DNA of 64,000 nt from Chthoniobacteraceae bacterium (GCA_037190965.1 JBBCKI010000048.1:32001-96000), one strand, 5' to 3'; shown: positions 27,986 to 46,730, counted from the first letter of the stretch. Made by a program: numbers and translations. The notes: a model not told the origin generated them from the letters alone.

Positions 27986-30928
27986 TCAGTGAAGACCAAG
28001 CAGCGAAGCCAAGGCTGATATCGTCACCTGCCCTGCGACAGCACCCCCTGGCGTCAACTCCTCCCGGCCAAAAGACAGGCGGTAAGGATTAGCCGGTTTT
28101 CCTGCAAGGAATTCCTGACTTGCCTTGAAGGGATAAAGGGCCGTTGGCTTTTGGGCCGGGGTCCCCACCGAGGCCACCGCCTCCCAGATCATCTTGGGAT
28201 CACTCACTTCTCTCAACGCCGAAGCGGAGCGCCCCTTTGGATTCAGCTTGAAGAGATGTACCGCAATCGCATCCCGCTCTGCGGCTGGAAGGCGAACATG
28301 CGATGAGGCGCTGAGAAGACGCTTCCAGGCATTGAGATACTCGGGATCAAGCGCGACCGCCTTCCGATAGTGAGCCAGCGCTTCATCATAGCGCTTCTGC
28401 TCATCCCGCAGATAGCCAAGGAGGTAAAAGACCTGAGGCTTGTCCGGATTTTTCCGGCTCAAATCGGTAAAGATCGTTTCCGCGATCCCTTGCTGCTGCG
28501 TCCCTTCAAACGCCTGTTCGCAGCCAAAGCAATGACTCTCCACCCGTCCGAAGCTATCCGGCATCAATTCGTAAGCCCGCCGATAATGCTCTTCGGCTTC
28601 CTTCATCCTGCCGAGATTGAAAAGCTGCCGCGCAAGCCGCGATTGGATGCAATAGGCATCCGCAAAATGAGTCAGCGACTCCTGGTACATTTTTACCGCC
28701 CGGCTCAGCAACCCCGCCTCGTAGAACCGATCAGCCTTCTCCGAAAGCCGAATTGCCTTCACAACGTTACGGTATAAAGCCACGTCCTTTGTATCCCCCC
28801 GGGCTTCGAGAATATCCGCCAGGATAGCGTAAGCGCGCATCCGGTCGTTGGGGCCCTGCTCCCCGTCGGACGGATCAATCGCGATGGCCTTGCGGATCGT
28901 CGCCTCCGCTTCCGGTAGCCGCTTGGCATCCAATAGGAGTTTCGCCTTCCAGATCAACGGCCGTTCCTCAAAGGGATCCGCCGCAAAAAGGGCATCCAGC
29001 TTCGCCTCGGCTTCCGGTCCAGCCAGTTCCAATAGAAGTTCATAGCCACGATCGAAGCCAGGTCGATCCGTCAACGTCGCTTCGATAATGGGACGAGCCG
29101 CTGCCGCCTGACCGGTCTTGGCCAAAGCCGCTGCAACCAGGTACCCGACAGGAAAGTCTTCCTTCGCCGAACCCAAAGCATCCGTCTGCCTGGAATAAAT
29201 TGCAGCCAGATCCGCAACACCCCAATCGGGAGATTGATCCATGAGCGCAAGCACATCGCGATAGTTGCCGGATTGGTGATACAACGCCGCGAGACTTAGA
29301 AGTGCATCCTGACATCCATCGGGCGATGCATAGCCTCCGGAAGCGGCAGCTTTGTTCTGCTTGACCTTGCTCAGCAAATAGTCCGCCAGGACTTTCTCGG
29401 CAGCACCGTTTTTGCCTGCCGCAAAAAGAATTCCGGCAATCTGCTGATCGTTTTGGTCAGCGCTGCTGTCGAAAGCCGTCTTCTCGGCAGCACCGTCGGC
29501 ACGCAAAATTGCCAGCCCCTCCTCCACCAACGCAGGCTTCTGCAAGACTAACCCGAGTTGAGCTAAACGAAGCGCTAACTCAGAACGCTTTTTACTAGCC
29601 TCCGATGGGCTTCCCGTCCCTTTTTCACCGGCCACCAAAGCCTTTCGGATCACCGCCAATCCTTCCTCCACCTGATCGGCGGCAAGCAGGGCATCGATCA
29701 GAGCCTCATCCAACTCATTTCGCCTTTCCGGGGACAAAGTCTTCACGGCCACCCCCGCCCGGACTCGTTCCAACATCTTATCCGTCGCTCCGACCTTGGC
29801 AGAAAGCCCGATATAGAAACTCCAGAAAGGAAGATCCGGATTTTTGGAAAGGAGCTTATCAAGAAAATCGAAGGCCTGCTCGCCCCGCCCCGCCTTTACC
29901 AGGGCTGCAAGGGAAGGCCCCGCAATACCGCCCTCCGAGGGAAACTTTTCCGCAACGGCAAGCGCCTTTTCTGTTTCGCCCCGCGCAATCAAACCTACTA
30001 GATAGTAAACCCTCGCCTCTCTTGCATCATAGTCCTGTTGACTGGAAATATCGGCGGGAAAGCGGCGCTCCAACGCCTCATAAAGCTCTCCGGCATCGAG
30101 GGAGGCCGCCAGCGCCCATTGAGGACTTTTCAAAGCATCCACCCGCTCCAATGCGATTTTCCGGGCTAGTTCCAGCGTCTTATCCCCCTCCGAAACGGAA
30201 AGTTTGACGTTCTCAGCCGTCAATGCCGTTCGGAGAACTTCTGCCGCGCGCTCTTCCCCCAGGATCGTGGCCAGATCCGGAACGGCAAAATCCATGGGAT
30301 AAGACATCTTGTTCTTCTGGAGCCACTTCAGCTGCTCTTGAAGACTATTGAGAATTTGATTTGGATCATCCGATCTGTCGATCAGCGCCTGTCTCAAGAG
30401 ATAAAGAAGTTGGGCGGATTGCCCTCCGTAACGAGGATCTTCCGTCTCGCCCGCAGCCTCCAAAGCCGAGAATTCCTTCTCAAACGCGGCGCGGTCGGAC
30501 GTCAAGCTTGCCACGAGCATCCGAAGACCGATCTCGCGAACCGTCGCTTTCGCCTTCGCCGTAGGCCGCGCCAGGACTTCCTTTTTCAGAACATCCCAAG
30601 CTGCGGGCGGCGGAAGAGCGGCGATCAGCAATCTCCCTTCCGGCACATATCCAAACTGTTCTGTCAAAGACGCATGGGCATCGAAGAGACTCAGCCATTC
30701 CTTGACGGCCGCTTCCACAGGGAGACCAGCCCCCTTCTTCTGCAAATCGCCCACCCGCCTCTTCCACAATTCGCGGGCGTCGGGTGGAAGAGCATCGCCG
30801 CCTTCAGCGGCAACCCGTTTCAAAATCGCCTCCGCTCCTTGGTAATGATCTGCCGCTCTCAATGGACAGAGCGACAACAACGTGACAGCGACAAGATAGG
30901 GGGAAAATCGCGCGGCAACCGTGACCAT
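27986..30928 (-). CDS. Exported tetratricopeptide-repeat protein
   Basis: Signal peptide, multiple TPRs, C-terminal YCIQ...HCFGCE. Confidence 0.82.
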   Translation of the reverse strand: MVTVAARFSPYLVAVTLLSLCPLRAADHYQGAEAILKRVAAEGGDALPPDARELWKRRVGDLQKKGAGLPVEAAVKEWLSLFDAHASLTEQFGYVPEGRLLIAALPPPAAWDVLKKEVLARPTAKAKATVREIGLRMLVASLTSDRAAFEKEFSALEAAGETEDPRYGGQSAQLLYLLRQALIDRSDDPNQILNSLQEQLKWLQKNKMSYPMDFAVPDLATILGEERAAEVLRTALTAENVKLSVSEGDKTLELARKIALERVDALKSPQWALAASLDAGELYEALERRFPADISSQQDYDAREARVYYLVGLIARGETEKALAVAEKFPSEGGIAGPSLAALVKAGRGEQAFDFLDKLLSKNPDLPFWSFYIGLSAKVGATDKMLERVRAGVAVKTLSPERRNELDEALIDALLAADQVEEGLAVIRKALVAGEKGTGSPSEASKKRSELALRLAQLGLVLQKPALVEEGLAILRADGAAEKTAFDSSADQNDQQIAGILFAAGKNGAAEKVLADYLLSKVKQNKAAASGGYASPDGCQDALLSLAALYHQSGNYRDVLALMDQSPDWGVADLAAIYSRQTDALGSAKEDFPVGYLVAAALAKTGQAAAARPIIEATLTDRPGFDRGYELLLELAGPEAEAKLDALFAADPFEERPLIWKAKLLLDAKRLPEAEATIRKAIAIDPSDGEQGPNDRMRAYAILADILEARGDTKDVALYRNVVKAIRLSEKADRFYEAGLLSRAVKMYQESLTHFADAYCIQSRLARQLFNLGRMKEAEEHYRRAYELMPDSFGRVESHCFGCEQAFEGTQQQGIAETIFTDLSRKNPDKPQVFYLLGYLRDEQKRYDEALAHYRKAVALDPEYLNAWKRLLSASSHVRLPAAERDAIAVHLFKLNPKGRSASALREVSDPKMIWEAVASVGTPAQKPTALYPFKASQEFLAGKPANPYRLSFGREELTPGGAVAGQVTISALASLLGLH

Positions 30929-31025
30929 TTGCCCGTGTTAAACAATCACACTCAATATAGCCAGCCTTTTCAGGCAGCCGACGTTCGAAGGAAGTATCAG
31001 CAGATCTAAACGCCACTTCCGCGAA

Positions 31026-31128
31026 CGAAAGCGGCGGGAAACCGCCGCACTCCAAGACGCTGCCGCGAGTCTCGGAGCGTTCTATGGCGCGCCAGCGTCT
31101 TGGGTGCGGTGGCTCGATACCGCTTTGG
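31026..31128. repeat. Family A REP doublet, copy 2
   Basis: AAAGCGGCGGGAAACCGCCGCACTCCAAGACGCTG...GCGTCTTGGGTGCGG..CCGCTTT. Confidence 0.8.
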
Positions 31129-31169
31129 AACGAGACGCCGAGACTATTTGCCATGACCGTCCAAAACGC

Positions 31170-31201
31170 AAACAAGCCGCAGGTTCCCCTGCGGCTTGTT
31201 T
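31170..31201 (-). terminator. Terminator after tsf
   Basis: AAACAAGCCGCAGG..CCTGCGGCTTGTTT hairpin. Confidence 0.75.
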
Positions 31202-31230
31202 GTTGGAATTGATTCTCGAAAAACGAGGGC

Positions 31231-31854
31231 TTACTCCGCGGCGGGAGTGGCTTCGCCTTCGACGCCTTCGCCCACCATGTAGCGGGTGAAGCGGCGGATG
31301 ATGATGTTCTCACCGAGTTCCGCGATCTTGCTCTTCACGACATCCTGGATGGTCATGTCGGGGTTCTTGATGAACGGCTGCTCGAGGAGAGCGACCGAGG
31401 CGCAGAATTTGTCGATCTTGCCGTCGACGATCTTCTCCACGATGTTCTCGGGCTTGCCTTTGACCTGGTCGCGGGCGATCTCGCGCTCACGAGCGATCAG
31501 CGCCGGGGAGATTTCCTCACGGCTGATGCAGATCGGGCTGGCGGCGGCGATGTGAAGGGTGATGTCCTTGACGAAGTCGCGGAAGCTCTCGTTCTTCGCA
31601 ACGAAGTCGGTTTCGCAGTTGATCTCGACGAGCACGCCCACCTTGCCCTGCATGTGAATGTAGGAGGCAATGGTGCCTTCCTTCGCGGCGCGGGAGGCTT
31701 TCTTCCCGGCGCTGGCAATGCCTTTCTTGCGGAGAATGTCTTCGGCCTTCTCGATGTCGCCACCGGATTCGGTAAGAGCGCGCTTGCAATCCATCATGCC
31801 GGCGTTGGTCTTTTCGCGAAGGGTCTTTACGAGTTGAGGAGTAATTTCGCTCAT
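31231..31854 (-). CDS. tsf: Elongation factor Ts (short form)
   Basis: LREKTNAGMMDCKRAL, EINCETDFVAK. Confidence 0.97.
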   Translation of the reverse strand: MSEITPQLVKTLREKTNAGMMDCKRALTESGGDIEKAEDILRKKGIASAGKKASRAAKEGTIASYIHMQGKVGVLVEINCETDFVAKNESFRDFVKDITLHIAAASPICISREEISPALIAREREIARDQVKGKPENIVEKIVDGKIDKFCASVALLEQPFIKNPDMTIQDVVKSKIAELGENIIIRRFTRYMVGEGVEGEATPAAE

Positions 31855-31955
31855 AGAAAAATGATTAAAGGGTCAAAAGTAGGGTCAAAAAAGCGCAGCC
31901 GAAGAGAATCCCCTCGGCTGCGCGCACTGCTTCTCAGGTTTGACTGAAAAGGGTA

Positions 31956-32681
31956 TTACTCGGCGATCGCAGCCAGCGAGGCCGGCTCGGAAGCAGGCAC
32001 GTGTCCGCCGCCCGAAACGAGGGCGTCGACCAGCTTCTGGAGGATCACGCGGATGGCGCGGATGGCGTCGTCGTTCCCGGCGATCGGGTAGTCGATCAGG
32101 TCGGGGTTCGCGTTGGTGTCAACGATGGCAACAACGGGGATCCCAAGGCGGCGGGCTTCTGCCACGGCGATGGCTTCGCGCTGGGTGTCGATGACGATCA
32201 ACGCGTCAGGGAATTTCTCCATGTTGCGGATGCCTTCGAGGTTGCGGAAGAGCTTCTCGCCCTCACGGCGGACAGCGGCGATCTCCTGCTTGCCCATCTT
32301 GGAATACTCGGCCTGCTTGTCGAGATTCTCGATGTACTTGAGGCGGCCGATGCTCTTGCGGATCGTCGCGAGGTTGGTGAGGGTGCCACCCAGCCAGCGC
32401 TGGTTGACGTAAAAGTGTCCGCAGGCCTGCGCGGCTTCTTTCACTGCTTCCTGCGCCTGCTTCTTGCAGCCGACGAAAAGCACTTTGCCTTTGCGCTCCG
32501 CCAACTCACTCAGGAACTGCGTGGCGGCCTGGAGCTGCTTGACGGTTTCACCGAGGTTGATGATGTAGATCGCGTTCCTCTTCTCGAAGATAAAAGGCTT
32601 CATCTTCGGGTTCCAGCGCTTGGTCTGGTGACCAAAGTGGACTCCGGCCTCGAGAAGTTCCGTCATTAATTCTGTCGACAT
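31956..32681 (-). CDS. rpsB: 30S ribosomal protein S2
   Basis: LLEAGVHFGH, RWLGGTLTN, GNDDAIRAI. Confidence 0.98.
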   Translation of the reverse strand: MSTELMTELLEAGVHFGHQTKRWNPKMKPFIFEKRNAIYIINLGETVKQLQAATQFLSELAERKGKVLFVGCKKQAQEAVKEAAQACGHFYVNQRWLGGTLTNLATIRKSIGRLKYIENLDKQAEYSKMGKQEIAAVRREGEKLFRNLEGIRNMEKFPDALIVIDTQREAIAVAEARRLGIPVVAIVDTNANPDLIDYPIAGNDDAIRAIRVILQKLVDALVSGGGHVPASEPASLAAIAE

Positions 32682-32790
32682 AACTTATTATTCTGCTTCC
32701 AAAAGGGCGCGTAGTATCTACGGCTCCTGCTTTGAACGCAAGGGGTAATTTTGAGGCCCTCTTTGGCTTAAAGGTGGCTCCAGCGTCCCT

Positions 32791-33384
32791 TCACGTTACG
32801 GTTGGTTTTTGGTTTTGGGTTGGTGGGTTCTCTGCGTGCGTTTCCGTCCACCTTGCCCAGAGCCAGCAAAGGTCTGAGAGGCGGTTTAGGTAACGCAAAA
32901 TTTCCAAATTCAGGGTCGGGTCGGCTTCGTGCAGCCTCGTCACCTGCCTTTCGGCGCGGCGACAAACGGTCCTCGCCATATCGAGGGCGGCGCTTTCCAC
33001 GGTCGCACCGGGGGTAGCCCAATGCTTGAAGCTGATCTGGTGGTTCTTCTCCAGATCGTCGATGGCGGCGGTAAGCCGGTCGACACTCTCTGCCGCGATG
33101 GAGCCGAAACCGGCTTTCGCATGGCGATCCCGGTCTTCCGGGGTCACGGCGATCTCGCCCATCAGGGTAATGAGTTCCTTCTGAATCCCGAGGATTGGCC
33201 GGGCAATGAATGCCTCGGCTTCGCTCCCCCCGGTCGCCGTCAGCGTGGCTCGCGCCATGCCGAGGGCTGCGTTGAGTTCATCCACCGCGCCGTTGCAGTC
33301 GATCCGAAGATCGCCCTTCGACACGCGCTTTCCGAAGAGGAGAGCGGTGGTGCCGTTATCACCGGTTTTGGTTGCGATGGACAT
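32791..33384 (-). CDS. ATP:cob(I)alamin adenosyltransferase (PduO type)
   Basis: TKTGDNGTT, GAVDELNA, ARTVCRRAER, YLNRLSD. Confidence 0.92.
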   Translation of the reverse strand: MSIATKTGDNGTTALLFGKRVSKGDLRIDCNGAVDELNAALGMARATLTATGGSEAEAFIARPILGIQKELITLMGEIAVTPEDRDRHAKAGFGSIAAESVDRLTAAIDDLEKNHQISFKHWATPGATVESAALDMARTVCRRAERQVTRLHEADPTLNLEILRYLNRLSDLCWLWARWTETHAENPPTQNQKPTVT

Positions 33385-33396
33385 TTCTGAAAAAGA

Positions 33397-33435
33397 GAGC
33401 GGCGGCGTCTCGTGTTTCCGGGGACGCCGCCGCTC
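33397..33435 (-). terminator. Terminator-like hairpin after rpoC
   Basis: GAGCGGCGGCGTC...GACGCCGCCGCTC then TCTTTTTC on the minus strand. Confidence 0.7.
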
Positions 33436-33446
33436 AAACTGGATCG

Positions 33447-37559
<4,113 letters not shown>

Positions 37560-37604
37560 AGGAATAGCAATGCGATTTGCTGGATTTGCGAACGGTTGCG
37601 GGGA

Positions 37605-41399
<3,795 letters not shown>

Positions 41400-41671
41400 A
41401 GGTGGTGCGTTGGAGTTGGGACCTTGTATTGGGACGTGCCGTGGAGCCTTATTAACCTTCTATCCTGACCTGTAACTCGCGGTGCCTCGGGAGAAAACGG
41501 GAACTCGCGATCATGGGTACAACAAAACCTTCCCCCGCGCGAACGCGGGAAAAAGGAATAGGCTGAAAGTCGCGGGCCGTCAAACAGCCCGCGACTTTCA
41601 ACCTCTGAGTACTGGATCGGTGAAACGCTGAGTTCAGAATACGCCGGGTCGAATAAAGAAAATGGGTTGGG

Positions 41672-41700
41672 ACCCTATGACACAAATCGGCGTGCGGCAA
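41672..41700 (-). promoter_or_regulatory. Putative internal promoter for rpoB
   Basis: TTGCCG-N17-TAGGGT on the minus strand. Confidence 0.45.
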
Positions 41701-41746
41701 GCAATTTTTTTGCCTACCGCACGCTCGAAAGTGCTTTTTATCGAAA

Positions 41747-42121
41747 TTACTTGATTTCGACCTTGGCTCCGGCCGCTTCGATCTTCTTCTTGATCTCTTC
41801 GGCTTCAGCCTTCGTCCCGCCTTCCTTGATTGCCTTGGGAGCGCCTTCAACGAGGGCTTTGGCTTCGGCGAGGCCGAGTCCGGCAACAGCGGCGCGGACT
41901 TCCTTAATCACGCCGATCTTGTTGCCACCCACGTCAGCGAGGATGACGTCAAAGGAGGTCTTCTCCTCGACAGGAGCGGCGGCGGCTGCCGGAGCGGCGG
42001 CGGCTGCAACAGGAGCAGCGGCGCTCACGCCCCACTTCTCTTCGAGGTTCTTGACGAGATCAGCAATTTCCAGAACGGTGAGACCGCTGAGCTGATCGAC
42101 GATTGCGTTGATATCTGCCAT
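41747..42121 (-). CDS. rplL: 50S ribosomal protein L7/L12
   Basis: [31 protein letters not shown]. Confidence 0.98.
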   Translation of the reverse strand: MADINAIVDQLSGLTVLEIADLVKNLEEKWGVSAAAPVAAAAAPAAAAAPVEEKTSFDVILADVGGNKIGVIKEVRAAVAGLGLAEAKALVEGAPKAIKEGGTKAEAEEIKKKIEAAGAKVEIK

Positions 42122-42285
42122 AGTATTTTTTCGGTGTCGTCGTATCCCGGAGGCATCCGGATGTTTCAGGCAATCAGCCGATCACCCGACGAGGAACCAG
42201 TTTTTGGGTTTTTTTGGATTTGCGGGGCCAACGACCGTATTGGTGGTCGACCCCGCAAAAGGATGTTGTGATCTTGGTTGTCCGA

Positions 42286-42834
42286 TTAAGCGGCGGCTTC
42301 GGTGGCTTCGCCACCTGCAGATCCACCGGCCGCTTCGGCCTTGGCCTTGAGCACGCGAGCCAGCGAGGAAGCCGGTTCGTTGAGCAGGCGCACCAGCGTG
42401 CTGGCGGGCGAGAGCAACGTTCCGAGCAACTGGCCCAGAAGAACTTCGCGGCTTGGGAGGTCGGCAATGGCGGCAATCTGCTCGCTGCTGACGACAACCC
42501 GGTCAACCACGCCGACCTTGACGGCCAGCTTCTTGGTTTCACCGGCGAAAGTTTTGACGATTTTGGCGGCGGCGGCCACATCCTTGTCACCGATGACGAT
42601 GGCCGTCTGGCCATTGAGGTCGGCGCTGATGTCGGGCAACCCGGCATCGCTCAAGGCGCGGCGGAGGAACGTGTTCTTGACCACCTTGCACTCGGCACCC
42701 GCTTCGGCGAGCCGGTTGCGGAGGGTCGAAAACTGCTCAACCCGGAGGCCGGCATAATCGGTCACAAGCACGAACGGCGAGGCGTTCAGCTTGCCCTGCA
42801 AATCTTCAACAATTGTGACTTTTTCGGGTCTCAT
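42286..42834 (-). CDS. rplJ: 50S ribosomal protein L10
   Basis: DYAGL, KVVKNT, LPSREVLL. Confidence 0.97.
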   Translation of the reverse strand: MRPEKVTIVEDLQGKLNASPFVLVTDYAGLRVEQFSTLRNRLAEAGAECKVVKNTFLRRALSDAGLPDISADLNGQTAIVIGDKDVAAAAKIVKTFAGETKKLAVKVGVVDRVVVSSEQIAAIADLPSREVLLGQLLGTLLSPASTLVRLLNEPASSLARVLKAKAEAAGGSAGGEATEAAA

Positions 42835-42849
42835 GATGGGCGGCTCCGG

Positions 42850-43548
42850 TTAGTTCTTCAGGTAGGGCGACGGGTCGAGTTTCAGACCCGGGAGCATCGT
42901 GGCGCTCAGCGTGATGTTGGTGACAAACGTCCCCTTTGCGGTGGCCGGACGAGCCTTGACGATCGCTTCGATGACGGTCGTGCCGTTGTCGTTGAGGGCT
43001 TCTTCGCTGAAGGAGAACTTGCCGAACGGCACGGCGATGTTGCCATTCTTGTCGAGCTTGAACTCAACGCGGCCCGCCTTGACTTCCTTGACCGCTTTGG
43101 CGGTGTCGTCGGTCACGGTGCCGGTTTTCGGGTTTGGCATCAAGCCGCGAGGCCCGAGGACTTTACCGAGCTTGCGGACTTCAGTCATCGCAGCCGGAGT
43201 GGCGATGGCGACGTCGAAATCCTGGAAGCCTTCCTGAACCTTCTTGAGGAGGTCTTCGTAACCGACGAATTCCGCACCAGCTTCGCGGGCGGCTTCAGCG
43301 GCCTGGCCCTGGGCGAACACGAGAACGCGGACCGACTTGCCGCTGCCGTGAGGAAGCGGAGTGGTGCCACGGACCATCTGGTCGGACTGGCGGGGATCCA
43401 CGCCGAGACGGAACGAGAGAGTGACCGTCTGGTCGAATTTGGTGGCGGGGAGCGTCTTGATGAGAGAGACGGCTTCCTGCAGGGAGTACGCTTTGTCGGC
43501 CACCTTTTCAAGGGCGGCGCGGTAACGCTTGCTTCTTTTCTTTGCCAT
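42850..43548 (-). CDS. rplA: 50S ribosomal protein L1
   Basis: [18 protein letters not shown]. Confidence 0.98.
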   Translation of the reverse strand: MAKKRSKRYRAALEKVADKAYSLQEAVSLIKTLPATKFDQTVTLSFRLGVDPRQSDQMVRGTTPLPHGSGKSVRVLVFAQGQAAEAAREAGAEFVGYEDLLKKVQEGFQDFDVAIATPAAMTEVRKLGKVLGPRGLMPNPKTGTVTDDTAKAVKEVKAGRVEFKLDKNGNIAVPFGKFSFSEEALNDNGTTVIEAIVKARPATAKGTFVTNITLSATMLPGLKLDPSPYLKN

Positions 43549-43555
43549 AAAGGGT

Positions 43556-43594
43556 TGCAGTAAAAGCGAGCCTCCTTTCGGAGGCTCTCCTGCG
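43556..43594 (-). promoter_or_regulatory. Putative L1-binding autogenous regulatory element before rplA
   Basis: GCAG-GA-GAGCCTCC-GAAA-GGAGGCTC-GCTTTTA-CTGC, an asymmetric internal-loop hairpin like known L1 sites. Confidence 0.65.
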
Positions 43595-43611
43595 GTTTTG
43601 ATTGTGTTGAC

Positions 43612-44037
43612 TTAGCCTTCGATCTCAATGCCCATCTGACGGGCCGTTCCGGCGATGATGCGGAAGCCGGCTTCTTCAGTGCGGGCGTTGAGGTCTTTGG
43701 ACTTGATCTTGACGATGTCGAGGACCTGTTTTTTGGTGAGCTTGGCCACTTTCACCTTGTTGGGCTCCTTGGAACCGGCGGCGATACCGGCGGCTTTCTT
43801 CAGGAGGACGCCGGCGGGAGGCGACTTGGTGATGAAGGTGAAGGACTTGTCCTTGTAGACCGTGATGACAACCGGGAGGATGTCTCCAGCCTGCTTCTGC
43901 GTGGTGGCGTTGAACTCCTTGCAGAAAGCCATGATGTTGACGCCCTGCTGACCGAGCGCGGGCCCGATGGGGGGCGCTGGGTTGGCCTGGCCTGCAGGGA
44001 TCTGCAATTTGATGAACGCGACGACTTCTTTAGCCAT
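43612..44037 (-). CDS. rplK: 50S ribosomal protein L11
   Basis: [19 protein letters not shown]. Confidence 0.98.
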   Translation of the reverse strand: MAKEVVAFIKLQIPAGQANPAPPIGPALGQQGVNIMAFCKEFNATTQKQAGDILPVVITVYKDKSFTFITKSPPAGVLLKKAAGIAAGSKEPNKVKVAKLTKKQVLDIVKIKSKDLNARTEEAGFRIIAGTARQMGIEIEG

Positions 44038-44090
44038 AGGATAATTGAAAAGTGATTTAGACGGGTAAAAAGGATTTTCCGGCAGCGGAG

Positions 44091-44651
44091 TTAGCTCCGT
44101 TCAACCTGCCAGTACTCGAGTTCCACCGGGGTGGAGCGCCCGAAGATGCTGACAGAGACGCGCAGCTTGCCGCGCTCGGGGTCGATCTCCTCGACCACCC
44201 CGCTCTGATTCTGGAAGGGGCCGTCGGCCACCTTGACGGTCTCGCCGATCTCGAAGCTGACCTTCGGTTTGACGGTGTCTTCGCGCTCGGCCATTTGGGC
44301 GAGCATGGTCTGCACCTCCTGGTCCCGCATGGGAATGGGCCGGTCTTTGGTGCCTGCGAACCCGATAACGCCAGGGGTTTCGCGGATGAAATACCAAGTG
44401 CGCTCAACGAGCTTCCCATCTTCGAGAAGGCGCATGTTGATGATGAGATAGCCTGGCAGCAACTTGCGCACCGTTTCGGTGCGTTTGCCACGCTTTACCT
44501 CGGAGATCCGCTCTGTAGGAATCAGCACTTCAAAGATCAGGTCGCCCATCTCTTCGGTCTTGATGCGTTTGACGATATTGTCATGCACCTTCTGTTCCTG
44601 GCCTGCGAGAACATGCACCGCAAACCACTGATTGCCTGTCGATTCTGCCAT
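44091..44651 (-). CDS. nusG: Transcription factor NusG
   Basis: NGN + KOW domains ([10 protein letters not shown]); start MAEST overlaps the secE stop (TAATG). Confidence 0.97.
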   Translation of the reverse strand: MAESTGNQWFAVHVLAGQEQKVHDNIVKRIKTEEMGDLIFEVLIPTERISEVKRGKRTETVRKLLPGYLIINMRLLEDGKLVERTWYFIRETPGVIGFAGTKDRPIPMRDQEVQTMLAQMAEREDTVKPKVSFEIGETVKVADGPFQNQSGVVEEIDPERGKLRVSVSIFGRSTPVELEYWQVERS

Positions 44652-44875
44652 TAGTGCCAGCCTCCGGTCGTGATGGCACCAACCACGTGCACCAGGATCA
44701 AATCCCAAAACGCCACATAGCCGCTCAAGAGCAGCATGGCGACGACGACGACAACGGTGGAATCAACCAGCTCCTTATATTTTTTGAATCCCTTTTCCTT
44801 TGGATCCCAAGGCCAGCTGGCTTTCAGAAGCTCCCCTTTGACTTCGCTGATGAAAGTGTTGATGCGAGCGAACAT
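44651..44875 (-). CDS. secE: Preprotein translocase SecE
   Basis: FISEVKGELLKASWP + TM; synteny. Confidence 0.93.
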   Translation of the reverse strand: MFARINTFISEVKGELLKASWPWDPKEKGFKKYKELVDSTVVVVVAMLLLSGYVAFWDLILVHVVGAITTGGWH

Positions 44876-44897
44876 TAAATTACGGGATTAAAAAGAA

Positions 44898-44970
44898 CAG
44901 GCCAGGAGGGACTCGAACCCCCAACAAACGGTTTTGGAGACCGCTACTCTACCAATTGAGTTACTGACCT
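44898..44970 (-). tRNA. tRNA-Trp(CCA)
   Basis: AGGTCAG...CTCCAAAA...GGTTCGAGTCC...CTGGCCTG; CCA end not encoded. Confidence 0.95.
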
Positions 44971-45053
44971 ATCTCTTTAATGAAGTGAAGTTCTTTTCTC
45001 AAACCCTCCGGGAAGCTAGCTCCCCGGAGGTTTGAAAGCAATCCTTGTCCTCT

Positions 45054-46235
45054 TTAGAGGATTTCGGAAACGCGGCCTGCACCCACCGTACGGCCACCTT
45101 CGCGGATGGCGAAGCGGATGGTCTTCTCCATGGCGATCGGGGTGACGAGCTCGACTTCGATGGCGACGTTGTCACCAGGCATCACCATTTCAACTCCTTC
45201 AGGGAGGCTGACGGTGCCGGTCACGTCCGTGGTACGGAAGTAGAACTGCGGGCGGTAGTTGGTGAAGAACGGCGTGTGGCGGCCGCCTTCGTCTTTGCTC
45301 AAGACGTAGATTTCAGCCTTGAACTTGCTGTGCGGGGTGATCGAGCCGGGCTTGGCGATCACCTGACCACGCTGAATGTCTTCCTTCTTCACGCCGCGGA
45401 GCAGAACGCCGACGTTGTCACCGGCGCGGGCTTCGTCGAGAAGCTTGCGGAACATTTCGATGTCGGTCGCGGTCGTCTTCGAGGTCGGACGGATACCAAC
45501 GATCTCGACTTCGTCCATCTTCTTGAGGATGCCACGTTCGACACGGCCGGTCGCGACGGTGCCGCGGCCTTCAATGTTGAACACGTCTTCCACAGGGAGG
45601 AGGAAGGGCTGATCCACCGGACGCTCAGGAACGGCGATGTACTCGTCGACAGCGGCAACGAGGTCGAGGATGCGCTGCTCGTATTCGGCGTCGCCTTCGA
45701 GCGCCTTGAGAGCGGAACCCTTGACGATCGGAATCGAGTCACCAGGGAATTCGTACTGGTTGAGAAGGTCGCGAACTTCCATCTCGACGAGGTCGAGGAG
45801 TTCGGGATCGTCCACCATGTCGCACTTGTTGAGGAAGACAACCATCGCGGGCACGCCGACCTGACGGGCGAGCAGGATGTGCTCACGGGTCTGAGGCATG
45901 GGGCCGTCAGCGGCACTGACGACGAGGATCGCTCCGTCCATCTGCGCGGCGCCGGTGATCATGTTCTTCACATAGTCGGCGTGGCCGGGGCAGTCGACGT
46001 GCGCGTAGTGGCGGTTGTCGCTCTGGTACTCGACGTGAGCGGTGTTAATGGTGATACCGCGCTCTTTTTCTTCCGGAGCCGCGTCGATGTCGGCGTAGGC
46101 GCGGGCCTGAGCGAAGCCTTTCTTCGCAAGAATCGTCGTGATTGCCGCTGTGAGGGTGGTCTTGCCGTGATCGACGTGACCGATCGTGCCAATGTTCACG
46201 TGCGGCTTATCGCGCTTGAATGATTCCTTTGCCAT
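45054..46235 (-). CDS. tuf: Elongation factor Tu
   Basis: [21 protein letters not shown]; true start MAKESF (the ORF-track extension runs through the tRNA). Confidence 0.99.
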   Translation of the reverse strand: MAKESFKRDKPHVNIGTIGHVDHGKTTLTAAITTILAKKGFAQARAYADIDAAPEEKERGITINTAHVEYQSDNRHYAHVDCPGHADYVKNMITGAAQMDGAILVVSAADGPMPQTREHILLARQVGVPAMVVFLNKCDMVDDPELLDLVEMEVRDLLNQYEFPGDSIPIVKGSALKALEGDAEYEQRILDLVAAVDEYIAVPERPVDQPFLLPVEDVFNIEGRGTVATGRVERGILKKMDEVEIVGIRPTSKTTATDIEMFRKLLDEARAGDNVGVLLRGVKKEDIQRGQVIAKPGSITPHSKFKAEIYVLSKDEGGRHTPFFTNYRPQFYFRTTDVTGTVSLPEGVEMVMPGDNVAIEVELVTPIAMEKTIRFAIREGGRTVGAGRVSEIL

Positions 46236-46333
46236 TTTCTGGTCTCCTCGTGACTGGGTTAGTCTTGGGTTAAGTTTAGTCTTGGTGGTTAAAATTGTTG
46301 TGCCGTTCAAGTCCCGGCTTCCAGTGCCGGAGG

Positions 46334-46409
<76 letters not shown>

Positions 46410-46566
46410 GTATCCATTTCATCTCCTGAGACCGAACGGGATTTCTCCCGGTCCTCCCAAGATCTCGCTCCAAGAGGCCAAGGGCGAAAAACCCCTGAGC
46501 CGAACCCGCATAGAAACGAGCACGATCAGGGTAAAAATCACTCTTGGCTCCTAAAAGCGAGCGGTG

Positions 46567-46594
46567 AAAGTAGCAAAAGCCCCCCGACTGTCAA
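46567..46594 (-). promoter_or_regulatory. Putative promoter of the tRNA-Thr/tuf operon
   Basis: TTGACA-N16-TACTTT. Confidence 0.5.
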
Positions 46595-46730
46595 AAGATT
46601 TCTCGCGGATTTTATCTCAAAGTTCGCGCAAACCCTCCGCAGAGGTGCAATTTTTCCTCGCCAGCACGGGAAGTGAAGCCTAAAACGCTCGTCCCTTCAA
46701 GCGGCAAACCCCGTATGAAGCCTTAATTCG

